This document shows, in pieces, positions 29,101 through 39,344 of a stretch of 64,000 nucleotides of DNA (position 1 is the stretch's first letter; every line of letters starts with the position of its first letter). Below the pieces are notes generated by a model, which worked only from the letters and a program-made list of their open reading frames with translations, was not told the DNA's origin and ran no database searches. This stretch comes from a virus. Lineage: Duplodnaviria; Heunggongvirae; Uroviricota; Caudoviricetes. The position numbers were made by a program, and so were the translations under genes. The stretch lies in IMG/VR virus record IMGVR_UViG_3300018080_000111, one strand, 5' to 3'.

Positions 29101-29913
29101 ATGTTCAACGAACTATACGAAAACATTCCTACTGAAATCAGTAAATCTGAATTCGAAGAACTTTTTCAGCCCATTTCTCAAGAAGAAGTAGAATCCAGAT
29201 TAATGGACTACATCAAGTCCGTCTGTACTGAAAATCCAGATGGCACTTGGAGTGCCAGTGGAGATGTGGATTTATCCAAAAGGGGTCTAACTAAGTTACC
29301 CATCAAATTCAAGGAAGTAGGTGGAGGCTTTTATTGTTCTCATAATAATCTAACTTCTCTAGAAGGAGCACCTCAGACAGTAGGTGGAGGCTTTTATTGT
29401 TACAACAACTCTCTAACTTCTCTAGAAGGAGCACCTCAGGAAGTAGGTGGAAACTTTGATTGCTCCTTCAACTCTCTAACCTCTCTAGAAGGAGCCCCTC
29501 AGACAGTAGGTAGTTTCTTTGATTGTTATAACAACTCTCTAACTTCTCTAGAAGGAGCCCCTCAGACAGTAGGCGGAGGCTTTTTGTGTTCTGACAACAA
29601 ATTAACTTCTCTAGAAGGAGCACCTCAGACAGTAGGTGGAAACTTTTTGTGTTCTGACAACAAATTAACTTCTCTAGAAGGAGCACCTCAGACAGTAGGT
29701 GGTTTCTTTGATTGCTCCTACAACTTACTAACTTCTCTAGAAGGAGCACCTCAGACAGTAGGTGGTTTCTTTGAGTGTTCCTTCAACTCTCTAACTTCTC
29801 TAGAAGGAGCGCCCCAGGAAGTAGGTGGATCCTTTCATTGTTCCAACAACAAACTTTCAGTTGAAGAATTAAAGAAAACAATAGATAGACCTTATTTGGA
29901 TAGAATAGGATAA
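29101..29913 (+). CDS. leucine-rich-repeat (20-aa LTSLEGAPQxVGGxFxCSxN units) protein, paralog 1
   Basis: About 9 tandem 60-bp repeats. The N-terminal 60 aa are near-identical to ORFs 43661 and 45334. Confidence 0.6.
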   Translation: MFNELYENIPTEISKSEFEELFQPISQEEVESRLMDYIKSVCTENPDGTWSASGDVDLSKRGLTKLPIKFKEVGGGFYCSHNNLTSLEGAPQTVGGGFYCYNNSLTSLEGAPQEVGGNFDCSFNSLTSLEGAPQTVGSFFDCYNNSLTSLEGAPQTVGGGFLCSDNKLTSLEGAPQTVGGNFLCSDNKLTSLEGAPQTVGGFFDCSYNLLTSLEGAPQTVGGFFECSFNSLTSLEGAPQEVGGSFHCSNNKLSVEELKKTIDRPYLDRIG

Positions 29914-29934
29914 TATCGGAAGCGTAAATAATAA

Positions 29935-30405
29935 TTGGAGAAGATTATGATACAGGTAAAAGTAAAAGTTTTGAAAGATATGGAATTTAGAAATGTCTTA
30001 AATTCCTGCAATTTGGTTGAGGGAGATATTTGTACCCTTCGGTTTAAGAATGAGGCCGATTTGAACTCCCATTTGGATTTAGGTAACTTTGATATGGTAC
30101 TGGATGACATGGTTGAGGAAAGATCCATACCTATCATCCACCCAACAGAAAGGGGAGTGGCCAAGAACGAACTTCATGAAATATTGGATTTGTCTGGTAA
30201 TTTAGATAAACTTACATCTGTTGAGCCTGAAGCGGAAGAGGTTCCCGAGGAAGAGATGAACTTTGAGGAGGATCTTGGAGAGCGGCCCGAAACAGAAGTG
30301 GTCGAGGAAACTGAAGAGGTTGATATCCCAGAAAAGGATACGGAAGATGAAGACGAGGATCGAAGTAGACAAAGAAGAGGTACGGGATCTTTTGGGAGAG
30401 GTTAA
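29935..30405 (+). CDS. acidic hypothetical protein (156 aa)
   Basis: ORF. Confidence 0.45.
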   Translation: MEKIMIQVKVKVLKDMEFRNVLNSCNLVEGDICTLRFKNEADLNSHLDLGNFDMVLDDMVEERSIPIIHPTERGVAKNELHEILDLSGNLDKLTSVEPEAEEVPEEEMNFEEDLGERPETEVVEETEEVDIPEKDTEDEDEDRSRQRRGTGSFGRG

Positions 30406-30531
30406 CACCAAACTCTTCCTATTAGAAGGGGAGGAAGATTCAATGAAGAGACAGGTTATCCTAGACTATCTACTTGAATCTAAGGAAAGTCCAATAAAAT
30501 CTTTAGCAAGAATTCTTGAGGTACTTGCATA

Positions 30532-31227
30532 ATGGCTCGTAGTTACACATCTTTTTTGACTTGGATTGCAGCGGAATTCGCTCCTCGTACTTTGGCTACG
30601 CCAGAGGCTACTCTGAAGCAGATGTATGAAAATGCTATAAGGTACTGGAATACCCATTCAGGTTATAAAATTGCTGGGGTATATGATTATACGGCCGGTT
30701 CTTCCAGACTTCAGTTAAGTACAAGTTTTAAGACCGTGTCTGATGTTATGCCGACAAGTACTACGACCTATATTTGGAATGACCACCCTCTTTGGACCTT
30801 GACGGGCATAACAATCTTGGACAATGTGACTACTGACCTGATTATGATGTCCGAAGCATTCAGGAACTACCGAATTTATGTGGGAACAAATTTTCGGTGG
30901 CATTATGAGAAATCAGATGTTCCATCTGTTGCTGGGTATCTTTATGTAGAAAATGTTCCTAGTGGGGTTCAGAGTTTATATGTTGAGGGGACTCGAAGGA
31001 TTACTGAAGATGAGGATATCTCCACAGAACTGATTTTAAATTGGATTTACTACTATACAAAGGCCTTAGTGAAGCAGATAGAAGGACATACTCTAAGGGC
31101 TGCTGGAATGGTGGATATCCCCACAGACGGCCAAGTATTAGTAGATGAGGGGAGGGAAGAGCAGAAGGACTTACAGGAAACATTAAAGCGGGAGTCATGG
31201 TGGACGGTCTTCCCAAAGCGTTTCTGA
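30532..31227 (+). CDS. hypothetical structural protein (231 aa)
   Basis: ORF, moderately GC-enriched. Confidence 0.5.
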   Translation: MARSYTSFLTWIAAEFAPRTLATPEATLKQMYENAIRYWNTHSGYKIAGVYDYTAGSSRLQLSTSFKTVSDVMPTSTTTYIWNDHPLWTLTGITILDNVTTDLIMMSEAFRNYRIYVGTNFRWHYEKSDVPSVAGYLYVENVPSGVQSLYVEGTRRITEDEDISTELILNWIYYYTKALVKQIEGHTLRAAGMVDIPTDGQVLVDEGREEQKDLQETLKRESWWTVFPKRF

Positions 31228-31391
31228 GCTGTGTCGTATTTTGATAAGATCTCTCTTCCTGGTAGTGTTTGGGAAGGAATTAGAGAGATTTGGGCCGTTG
31301 TTTGGTAAGTTAATAGGAAAAGAAAAGCCGTCCGTGGCTAACGGGGATTTGCTTTTAGGAGAAGCAAGGGGAAAATTAGAAAATTTAAAAC

Positions 31392-31583
31392 TTAAACTCG
31401 GTTTTTGTAATCCTTCGGCAACCAGGATATATGTTCGATGGGAAGTTCGTTTCGGGTAAGAAAGGTTCGAACCGCTTCGGTTATCTCGATTCGATTCGTT
31501 GGATCGATAATAAATTCGGCTTCGATACTATTAAAGAATTTGTCACTGATTTCAGCGTGTTGTTCCAATGTTACGATATCCAT
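31392..31583 (-). CDS. small leftward-encoded protein (about 63 aa from ATG at 31583) isolated within the rightward block
   Basis: AAAGGG RBS-like sequence 8 nt upstream of the ATG. Conserved 26-bp motif copy 2 lies 30-57 nt upstream. Confidence 0.4.
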   Translation of the reverse strand: MDIVTLEQHAEISDKFFNSIEAEFIIDPTNRIEITEAVRTFLTRNELPIEHISWLPKDYKNRV

Positions 31584-31614
31584 TATCAACCCTTTCAAAA
31601 TATAGTTCCTTGTC

Positions 31615-31640
31615 TTACATTTAAATTATAACCTATTTTG
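31615..31640 (-). promoter_or_regulatory. conserved 26-bp divergent-promoter motif, copy 2
   Basis: Identical to 7583..7608. Confidence 0.45.
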
Positions 31641-31741
31641 GATAAAAGGCAAATAAAATACGGTGAAAAATCAATATAAATAAGGATAAAATAATACTTG
31701 TTTGTTGCCAATAATATCCTTGTTTTTGAAGGAAAAACTTA

Positions 31742-32275
31742 ATGTGGTTGGAAACCCTCCTAGAAAAAATAACCTCATTTATCCCTAGGATAATGATAAT
31801 CCGACCTGATGAAAGTGGATTCAGACAAACCATGAAGCCCTGGGGAGGTTGTTGGATCACGGAAACAAAACCAGGAAATTGGTACTGGCTTCTGCCTATA
31901 GTTATGGAAGAGGAAGTTTGTAAGATCAAACCACAGGTAGTTGATATCCGATCTCAATCTATTCTAACTAAGGATAATATCGATATAATGGTGAGTGCAT
32001 CGATCAGATATTATGTCAGGAATGCGGTGAAGGCACTTCTGGAAGTTCTCGATTATGATGAGAGCCTACAGACAACTGCACTGGTTGCAATTGAGGAATA
32101 TATAGAAGGCCACACCTTAGAAGAACTCAAGAATAGTAGAAGCACTCTTCGGGAAAATCTTTTGAAGGCAGTGAGGGAGGAGTCCAAGGGATGGGGATTA
32201 TGGGTTTCCAGTGTTGGAATCACGGATATTGGAAAGGCCAGAAACTTCCGATTGTTAGGAAATTTAGGATCTTAG
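31742..32275 (+). CDS. SPFH/band-7 (stomatin/prohibitin-like) domain protein
   Basis: QSILTKDNIDIMVSASIRYYV matches the stomatin-family core pattern. Confidence 0.55.
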   Translation: MWLETLLEKITSFIPRIMIIRPDESGFRQTMKPWGGCWITETKPGNWYWLLPIVMEEEVCKIKPQVVDIRSQSILTKDNIDIMVSASIRYYVRNAVKALLEVLDYDESLQTTALVAIEEYIEGHTLEELKNSRSTLRENLLKAVREESKGWGLWVSSVGITDIGKARNFRLLGNLGS

Positions 32276-32463
32276 GAAACAATAATGGTTCTTAATAATC
32301 CAGTGGCTATAGAGAAGATAAGAGGGATACAAAGAAAAGAAGGAAATGTGGATTGTTTTAGGACAGACAAACCTTTCTGTTGTGAAATGAATTGCTGTTG
32401 GAGAGAAATTTGCTTAGGTGAGTTTAAACCGAAGGCATTAGTTACTTTTAAAGTTGTCAAATA

Positions 32464-33138
32464 ATGGACCTATTCGATCAAATACATGAAGCAACTACAA
32501 AACAGTTGCAAAGGAAACAGAAGTCTATTACTCGTCTCTTCCCCACTTTTCCGGACAGGGTTCAGGCGGTAGCTTCAAATGGGGGAGTCCGCCTACAAGG
32601 AGTGGAGGATGAACTCTGGAAGTTTCGGATTAGTTCAGGAACGACAAAAGGCGTCTGGTATGATATTTATCTGAAGTTCTTGGATATCATTCCTACTCTA
32701 GTTAAGATAGTTAAGGATCGAAGATTGTGGATTAGGGATAAGTCTAGAATTGATCGAAGGAAGTTGGCACGAAAATTTTTGAATATTGTCAATGTTCAGT
32801 TGAAGTGTTCATGTCCTGCGGACCTTTATTATGGTGGGTATTACATAAGAAGTTTAGGAAAATATAATGCTCAATTTGGGAATCGGGAGATTCGGCCGCC
32901 TAGAATTAAGAACCCGAAACAGTACGGGGCACATTGCAAGCACATTGCTAATTTGATGAAGGTCCTCCCATTCTACACCGACACGATGATGAAATGGTTG
33001 GAAGACTTCTATGGGGATGATATTTCCCGGATTGAGAAGTCTACTCAGGATGAATTTAGTTGGGCCAAGAAGGCTGGAAAGGTTTTGAGAAGGAAAAAAG
33101 AGAAAACCCGGAAAGAGGATGAGGAGAAGGAAGAATAA
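32464..33138 (+). CDS. SWIM zinc-finger protein
   Basis: CSCPADLYYGG...AHCKHIANL fits the SWIM pattern CxCxnCxH. Confidence 0.5.
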   Translation: MDLFDQIHEATTKQLQRKQKSITRLFPTFPDRVQAVASNGGVRLQGVEDELWKFRISSGTTKGVWYDIYLKFLDIIPTLVKIVKDRRLWIRDKSRIDRRKLARKFLNIVNVQLKCSCPADLYYGGYYIRSLGKYNAQFGNREIRPPRIKNPKQYGAHCKHIANLMKVLPFYTDTMMKWLEDFYGDDISRIEKSTQDEFSWAKKAGKVLRRKKEKTRKEDEEKEE

Positions 33139-34022
33139 TGGGGTACTTTGAAACTCTAGATCGAATGGATAATCATTTCCGGAAAAAGGTGGAAACTTCC
33201 CCAATTTTTGAAACAACCACATCTGATGATGTTTCCTTCCTTCCGGCACATCTGGGGATGGTAAAAGCAAAAGTTGCGGATCTGGCCAAGAAGAAAAAAG
33301 ATTGGAAGATTGAAATTCTGGAGCAGGATGATGAAAGGGAGGTCCAATTTGAAAATGATCTTCGAGTTCTGGTCCCGAATGAACATTGGGAATCCTTCTG
33401 TTCCATTTTTGACAATACAATTAGCAATAATACATACCTTAATTTAGGGTTTCTTTTGAACGAAACCATGGAAGAGGAAATGAATGATCTCCGAGAAGAA
33501 CTCCGGGTAGCTCTGGCCAATATGTATGATCAGGCAGAGTTCCGAAAGTTAAATCTTTCTTCCGGAACTTGGAAATGGAGATTCGGTGTAGTTTCTTTTC
33601 ATTCAAAGAAGAATTTGAAGGTTGCCGTAACTCAGGAGAGGAGATCTAAGGACATACAAGAGTTATACTCCAGACTACTCGAAGTATATGGAAATGACAG
33701 AGGTAATCTGGAAATGATCATTGAGGCTATAAAGGATAAAAGTCCATTAAATACATATAGGGTTTTCAAGAATTATGATTATCTGTATGGGACAAGGATT
33801 CATAGCAGGTATCAGAAGGTAGATCTCTATTTTGAGGCCTTAGTGGATACAAATTACCATCTTACGGAAACAATTTTTTGTAATAATTCTGATCTTCTAA
33901 ATGCTATAGAAGAGGAGAGTAATGAAATAAAAAGGGTTCGATCTGTCATATATCCTAAAGGGGGGAAATTTACTAGTAGATTCTTTCGGGTTTTGGCAGA
34001 TACTATTGAGGATTTGGAGTAA
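33138..34022 (+). CDS. hypothetical protein (294 aa)
   Basis: ORF, translationally coupled. Confidence 0.5.
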   Translation: MGYFETLDRMDNHFRKKVETSPIFETTTSDDVSFLPAHLGMVKAKVADLAKKKKDWKIEILEQDDEREVQFENDLRVLVPNEHWESFCSIFDNTISNNTYLNLGFLLNETMEEEMNDLREELRVALANMYDQAEFRKLNLSSGTWKWRFGVVSFHSKKNLKVAVTQERRSKDIQELYSRLLEVYGNDRGNLEMIIEAIKDKSPLNTYRVFKNYDYLYGTRIHSRYQKVDLYFEALVDTNYHLTETIFCNNSDLLNAIEEESNEIKRVRSVIYPKGGKFTSRFFRVLADTIEDLE

Positions 34023-35044
34023 TGGCAGAATTCGTAAACCCGTTCTCTGGAATGACTCCAGATAGACGACTAACAAAAGAAGAGTTGATTAGGGCAATCC
34101 GTCTGGATATAGCAGCGGAGGAAGAAGCGGCCCACCTTTATGAAGCACAGGCCGATGCAACAGATGACCCAAGAGCAGCAGAAATTCTTAGAGATATAGC
34201 AAAGGAGGAGATAGTTCATGTTGGGGAGTTTCAAAAACTTCTTGTCCAATTGAATCCAGAAGAGTCAGATTTACTGAATAAGGGAGCTGGAGAAGTAGTT
34301 AATAAAGTGGGGATTACAGGATTTCCGGTGGAGAGAAAGATGAAGGAAGGAAAATCGATGGATTCCTATGTCGATCGATTCTTATATATGTGGCAGGAAG
34401 CCGGGGAACTTCCTAAGCCATTTGAAGAAGCAATACGAACCTATTGGAAGAATTGGAAAAAGAGTTGGTTAAGTGGGAAACTTCAGTTTTTGTCTGAGTT
34501 AGAAAAGAGAATCCCAGATTTTTCTGATGATATTGAAGATCTAAAGGATGATGTGATCAGATATTCTAGAAAACCTGAATCTTATAAATCACAACTCAAA
34601 TTGGAAAGAAGGAAGATGAATATATTCGAAGCAAAAGATATGCAAGTATACAAACTTCTTTTGAAAGTTCTTGGTGAATACAGCGATAAGTTCCCCGGAA
34701 CTGGGGTAGGTCGGATGTTTGATCAGTGCCTGGAACATGGAAAGAAGATACTTCCAAAGGAACAATTGGCAGTAAGTATACTTCATCACATTCTGAAAAG
34801 TAATTCTGTTCCTGCTGCGGTTCATAAGCTTTTGAATCTTAGATTTTCTGGACTTCCAATTGAACTTCGTCCCATAGTTAAGAACGGCAGGAGAAAGGAA
34901 GTCGCTCATTGGACTCGGGCGGCCTTGGTGAGTGATAAAATCAAGGATCTAATAGATTGGACTGGAACAGGAAAGAAGGGCCATTGGTCTGATGTGGATG
35001 GAGAAAAAGCCTCTCTTGTGGATATGTCGGTGGAGAAAGATTAA
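34022..35044 (+). CDS. protein with N-terminal ferritin-like (two ExxH) motif
   Basis: AAEEEAAHLYEAQ and AKEEIVHVGEF are about 35 aa apart. Confidence 0.45.
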   Translation: MAEFVNPFSGMTPDRRLTKEELIRAIRLDIAAEEEAAHLYEAQADATDDPRAAEILRDIAKEEIVHVGEFQKLLVQLNPEESDLLNKGAGEVVNKVGITGFPVERKMKEGKSMDSYVDRFLYMWQEAGELPKPFEEAIRTYWKNWKKSWLSGKLQFLSELEKRIPDFSDDIEDLKDDVIRYSRKPESYKSQLKLERRKMNIFEAKDMQVYKLLLKVLGEYSDKFPGTGVGRMFDQCLEHGKKILPKEQLAVSILHHILKSNSVPAAVHKLLNLRFSGLPIELRPIVKNGRRKEVAHWTRAALVSDKIKDLIDWTGTGKKGHWSDVDGEKASLVDMSVEKD

Positions 35045-35198
35045 TGTTTGGGGATCTGTTTGAAAATGTTTTTGGTCTTCGTCTTGTCGAAGTCCGGTTG
35101 GAGGAAAGCGAGAAAATATCCCGGACTATCCATAAAGATCGGGAAGGTGTTTCGGATCTGGAAGAGAATATACTTGAGAAAAATAAAAAGGAATAAAT

Positions 35199-36866
35199 AT
35201 GTTTCGTGATGGAATTTTCGATAACTTTGGTGAATTTTTAGATAGAATTAATGAATCTGTCCCTCGAATAGATGAGGAGGAAATACAAGAACAGACCAAA
35301 TCATATGTGGTAACCTGGCAAAATTTGGATGAACCCCAAAGAGATTTTCATTTTGTTACCGTTGATGCAAATAGTGAACTTCATGCGGAAGCAAAGGCGG
35401 AGGAGATATTAAAAAGAGATGGTATCCCAGAAGGGTTTATTGAGATAAAATATGTGGAACTTAAAGAATCTAAACTTCAAGAGCAGGAACGAAAAAAGGC
35501 TGAACAAACCGAACAACCCACAGAGGAAACTCCTAAGGATGATGCCGAAAGATTAAGCATGGAGGATTGGTCAGATACAGATAAGGGTGGTGTTCCTAAA
35601 AGGGTAGACAAAGTTGAACGTCCAACTGAGCTGAATCCAGTAAAGGATGAGGAATTGAGTCAGGAAGTGACATACGAAAGGAAATCTGACCCACTCTACC
35701 TATGTAATGAATGTTTTAAAACTTTCCGAGCCAGTTCTCCTGTTTGTAAATGTGGTAGTAAGGTTGTGGAGAGAATCGGGAAAGTAAAAGAATATCAGGA
35801 TATCACGGATAAATCTCCGTCAGATTACGTAGAGAAACAGCCAGGAAGATTCCGGGTAAACTTTTATGATGGAACGAAGTTGGAGGTAGAAGCAGATAGT
35901 AAATGGGATGCTAAACAAAAAGCGGAAAAAGAAACGGGAAAGAAGTCCGCTCAGATAAATCCTTTGTCTTCAAATGAAAGTAAAGTAAATGAAACCGTTC
36001 AAGAACTGGTGGGGGAAACCCCTGGAATAAATCGACACGCTCAGGAAATTCTAAATTGGGCTATTGAAAATAAGGTTATTCCAAATGAATGGCCTGAGTT
36101 ACAGGACATGATTGACGAAGTAATAGAAACGGATGTAACTGATAAATATTCAGTTGAGGATCTTGATCAATTGGATCTTGGGGATATTGAAGCAGTCTAT
36201 CTAAAATATGTTCTTTTACCTCAAGCTAAGAAAGAGTATAAAAAACAGGATGAAAGGGAACCTCTTCAGTGGACTAAAGAAGGAAAGGAAGAACTAACTG
36301 CTCCTAAGGTAAAAATGTCTACTGGACAAGGTTCTTCGTATTATGCTGACTGTCCTAATTGTAATACGACGAATTGGCTTTCTGTGGAGTTGAATACTGG
36401 AAGAGTTGTTTGTAAGAAATGTGGAACTTCTTTTACTCTGGGAGATGAAATAGAGCATGAAGTATATGTAGAGGAGATTCCTGAGAGTAAAGTTAATGAA
36501 GGAAATTGGTGGCAGGAATTGATTGACCAGATTCAGAAGGACAAGAAGTTTGAAAAGTTAATGTCCAAATATGGGGTGAAGAGTAAGGAAGTTCTGGACT
36601 ATTTTGGAAGGAAATACTGGTCTCAAACTGCGGATGAGAATTCGACTAAGGCGGCTCTGGAGAATGTGATTAATGATTTGAATCTTGAGGAGTCCAAACT
36701 TCAAGAGCAGGATGATGTGGAGGCTCTAAGGAAACGAAGAATGGACATCGAGCAGAAGATGTTGGACGCCGAAAAAAGATATCAGGAAGATCAGAATCGG
36801 ATGGCAGATGAGGTTGATCGTCTAAATCAGCAAATTAAAGCAAAGGAAGGATCCGGGAATAATTAA
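35199..36866 (+). CDS. acidic protein with two zinc-ribbon motifs
   Basis: CNECF...CKCG and CPNCN...CKKCG. Confidence 0.5.
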   Translation: MFRDGIFDNFGEFLDRINESVPRIDEEEIQEQTKSYVVTWQNLDEPQRDFHFVTVDANSELHAEAKAEEILKRDGIPEGFIEIKYVELKESKLQEQERKKAEQTEQPTEETPKDDAERLSMEDWSDTDKGGVPKRVDKVERPTELNPVKDEELSQEVTYERKSDPLYLCNECFKTFRASSPVCKCGSKVVERIGKVKEYQDITDKSPSDYVEKQPGRFRVNFYDGTKLEVEADSKWDAKQKAEKETGKKSAQINPLSSNESKVNETVQELVGETPGINRHAQEILNWAIENKVIPNEWPELQDMIDEVIETDVTDKYSVEDLDQLDLGDIEAVYLKYVLLPQAKKEYKKQDEREPLQWTKEGKEELTAPKVKMSTGQGSSYYADCPNCNTTNWLSVELNTGRVVCKKCGTSFTLGDEIEHEVYVEEIPESKVNEGNWWQELIDQIQKDKKFEKLMSKYGVKSKEVLDYFGRKYWSQTADENSTKAALENVINDLNLEESKLQEQDDVEALRKRRMDIEQKMLDAEKRYQEDQNRMADEVDRLNQQIKAKEGSGNN

Positions 36867-37774
36867 TGTATAATCGTCTTTTTGATAAAGTAGTTCAGGA
36901 AAGCAGTATTGATTTCCCACGAGCCGACCTCTCGGAAGATATTTGGGAAAAAGAAGACGGATTCTATTTTCTTCGAGAGGAAGTAAAGGACAAGATTCTG
37001 AATCTTCTGGATCAATATCCGGAGGAGGATCTCCTTCAGGAAGCCGGGGAAATTCGGATCGTGGGATCTCTCGGAAGTAACCTTTACGTGGATGATACTG
37101 ATTTGGATATTCATGTCATCCCGGAGGACTTCAGCAAATGGAATGAGGATAGAGTTAAAGAAGTGATGGATTGGTTTAAGGAGAATGAAGATCTGGATAA
37201 TTTTGTCGGGGAACATCCTATTGAAGTATATGTTCAAACGAACCCATCTCAGGATTTGATGTCTGTTGCTGTGTATGATGTTTTAGAGGATACCTGGTTG
37301 GTTGGGCCTAAATTGACTCCACTAAACTACGATCCATATACTGATTTTAGTTCGATTCTTCCTCAAGTAAATCAGATGGTTCAGGATGCAGACCTTCTTA
37401 TGGGGGAACTAAAAAGGGATGTTATCGACTATGACACAATTATAAATGCGGTTAAGCATCTTCCTAAGGAGCACCAAAAGAGACTCCTACTAAAGTCCAG
37501 AAATAAGTTGGGGGAGATAGAACAGGACATTAAGAAACTCTACCAGAAAAGGAAAGAGTGGGTAGATACCAGGCATGGTGCTTCCAGACCGAATAGTCCA
37601 GAAGAGGCAAAGAATGATGTTGAACTGGCAAAAAAATGGAAGGACATCAATGCCATGTTTAAGTTTGTCAACCGCTACCAATACCTTAGAATTATTAGGG
37701 ACCTCGAAAAGTTTGTAGAAGATGATAATGAAATAACTCCTAGTGAAGTTGATCTAATCAAAGGAATAATATAA
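36866..37774 (+). CDS. nucleotidyltransferase-fold protein (pol-beta superfamily)
   Basis: VGSLGSNLYVDDTDLDIHV fits the NTase motif GS-x(9-13)-DxD. A downstream acidic residue sits in EVYVQTN. Confidence 0.55.
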   Translation: MYNRLFDKVVQESSIDFPRADLSEDIWEKEDGFYFLREEVKDKILNLLDQYPEEDLLQEAGEIRIVGSLGSNLYVDDTDLDIHVIPEDFSKWNEDRVKEVMDWFKENEDLDNFVGEHPIEVYVQTNPSQDLMSVAVYDVLEDTWLVGPKLTPLNYDPYTDFSSILPQVNQMVQDADLLMGELKRDVIDYDTIINAVKHLPKEHQKRLLLKSRNKLGEIEQDIKKLYQKRKEWVDTRHGASRPNSPEEAKNDVELAKKWKDINAMFKFVNRYQYLRIIRDLEKFVEDDNEITPSEVDLIKGII

Positions 37775-38022
37775 TGAGTGAATTTGAAGATCTATTAGAG
37801 ATAACCACAAAAGTTCGGAATCAAAAAGTTTCCTTGGAAGAGCATGCAGATGCCCTGTCTAATATGATGGCTATTAAAGTAAACGGTGTTCTGGAACAAC
37901 ATCAGAAGGAGTTTATGGCCTTGGATGAAAAGATGAGGGAAAGGATTAAAGAATCTCTACGTTCTCGATTGGAAGAGACCTTTAAGAAAGTGGAAGACTA
38001 TCCTAAAGGGGGTATTCTGTAA
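37774..38022 (+). CDS. hypothetical protein (82 aa)
   Basis: ORF. Confidence 0.4.
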   Translation: MSEFEDLLEITTKVRNQKVSLEEHADALSNMMAIKVNGVLEQHQKEFMALDEKMRERIKESLRSRLEETFKKVEDYPKGGIL

Positions 38023-38510
38023 TGTCTCTAATGATACCTAGAGAGACAATCGATGCTCTTAGGCGAAACACAGATATCATTTTATCTTCGGTGGGGATCG
38101 ACTGTACAATATATATCCCAACTACTGCCTCCTTGAATGCGGATGAAGGTAATGATATCTTCGAACATCCGGATAATCTCACTTACCTATCTTATTCTGG
38201 AAAGTGCTTCATTGTCTGGAATCCGAGTAAGTATAGACTTCGGAAGTTTGGGATCTACGTGGAGAATGACCTTCCCATGGTCATTTGGATGCCAAATACT
38301 GCTACCGCTTTAGAGGGCTCGGAAGCGGGTACTGATGTATCCATTGATGTGGTCCAGAGAAGTTATATTAAGGTGAATCCGGAGTTTATTCCAAATAATA
38401 CGACGGATGTAACAGAATATGAATTGGTCGATCTAAGTGTGAGGGGTTTCCACGATGCAGTAGTGGTGAAAGCATTCAAAGGTGTCCCAAGAAGAATGGA
38501 GAGAATTTAA
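38022..38510 (+). CDS. hypothetical protein (162 aa)
   Basis: ORF. Confidence 0.45.
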   Translation: MSLMIPRETIDALRRNTDIILSSVGIDCTIYIPTTASLNADEGNDIFEHPDNLTYLSYSGKCFIVWNPSKYRLRKFGIYVENDLPMVIWMPNTATALEGSEAGTDVSIDVVQRSYIKVNPEFIPNNTTDVTEYELVDLSVRGFHDAVVVKAFKGVPRRMERI

Positions 38511-38940
38511 CGTGTTTGATGAAATATTTGAAAATGTGAGAAAAGTGAATGAAGAAGACACCATGTTTTCCAATCCAGTTCCCTTAGATTCCTGGTGGAA
38601 CTCTGCCATCGGCGAACTTAAGAGTGGGTATGAAGGTGAAGATGATCCTGGTCTTTTGAAAAAAGTTGAACAACTAGAATCCTTGGAGCCTGGGATTGAA
38701 AATCTTTTCCAGTGGATGAAGGGAGCTGGTTACGACCGCAACGCGGCGATACGAACCATCGCCAGGTTCATTTTCCCGAATGCAAAAGGATTAGAATGGG
38801 CTTCTCCAGTTGATTTATGGAGAGAATTTTCAGATCATGGTTTAGTCAGTTCTCCCCGTATTCCCCGTGGGGGTATCCCGGGTGGTTGGAATGAATCTAA
38901 AGGGACAAAAACTAATGAGAGTCAAAAAGATCAAAAATAA
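38482..38940 (+). CDS. hypothetical protein (152 aa)
   Basis: ORF. Confidence 0.45.
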   Translation: MSQEEWREFNVFDEIFENVRKVNEEDTMFSNPVPLDSWWNSAIGELKSGYEGEDDPGLLKKVEQLESLEPGIENLFQWMKGAGYDRNAAIRTIARFIFPNAKGLEWASPVDLWREFSDHGLVSSPRIPRGGIPGGWNESKGTKTNESQKDQK

Positions 38941-39083
38941 ATCTAACGAAGATGTCCAATTGAATGTTGGGGATGGATCTAAATTAACTCTATCTCCTGG
39001 ATCCTCCTTCAATAATCTTCGAGTGGAGAATCTGGATCAGATCAGATCCAAAGTTGAAATAACTTCCGATTTGGGAGAAATTT

Positions 39084-39344
39084 GTGAAACGAATAGTGGT
39101 CCGGTTAAATTGTACGACTGAGCAAGAATACTTTAAGATGCTTGGAATTCTCTTGGTGGCCCAGAAACTTTTGAATGATTACTTGGCCCGGGCCAGAGAT
39201 GAAGGAATAGGGCCAGAGGGATTTGCAGAAGGATGGATAAAGGATTTTGGGGGTACCGGACCGGATAAAGATCTGGTTCTTCAAGCATTCTTTACTTCTT
39301 TGGTAATTGTAGGAAAAGATGGCTTCAATCGGGAAAGAATATGA
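39084..39344 (+). CDS. hypothetical protein (86 aa)
   Basis: ORF. Confidence 0.4.
   Translation: MKRIVVRLNCTTEQEYFKMLGILLVAQKLLNDYLARARDEGIGPEGFAEGWIKDFGGTGPDKDLVLQAFFTSLVIVGKDGFNRERI

Noticed and set aside
30263-30532. 89-aa ORF overlapping the end of 29935..30405 in another frame
   Set aside because: Most of it overlaps a better-supported acidic ORF. Only the last 29 aa or so (ATG about 30445, with a strong GGGGAGGAAG SD) might be an independent micro-ORF, which is too short to call.
38867-39121. Apparent +1 overlap with 38482..38940, suggesting a second frameshift
   Set aside because: An internal ATG at about 38915 (MRVKKIKNK..) gives an ordinary short stop/start overlap, so no frameshift is needed.
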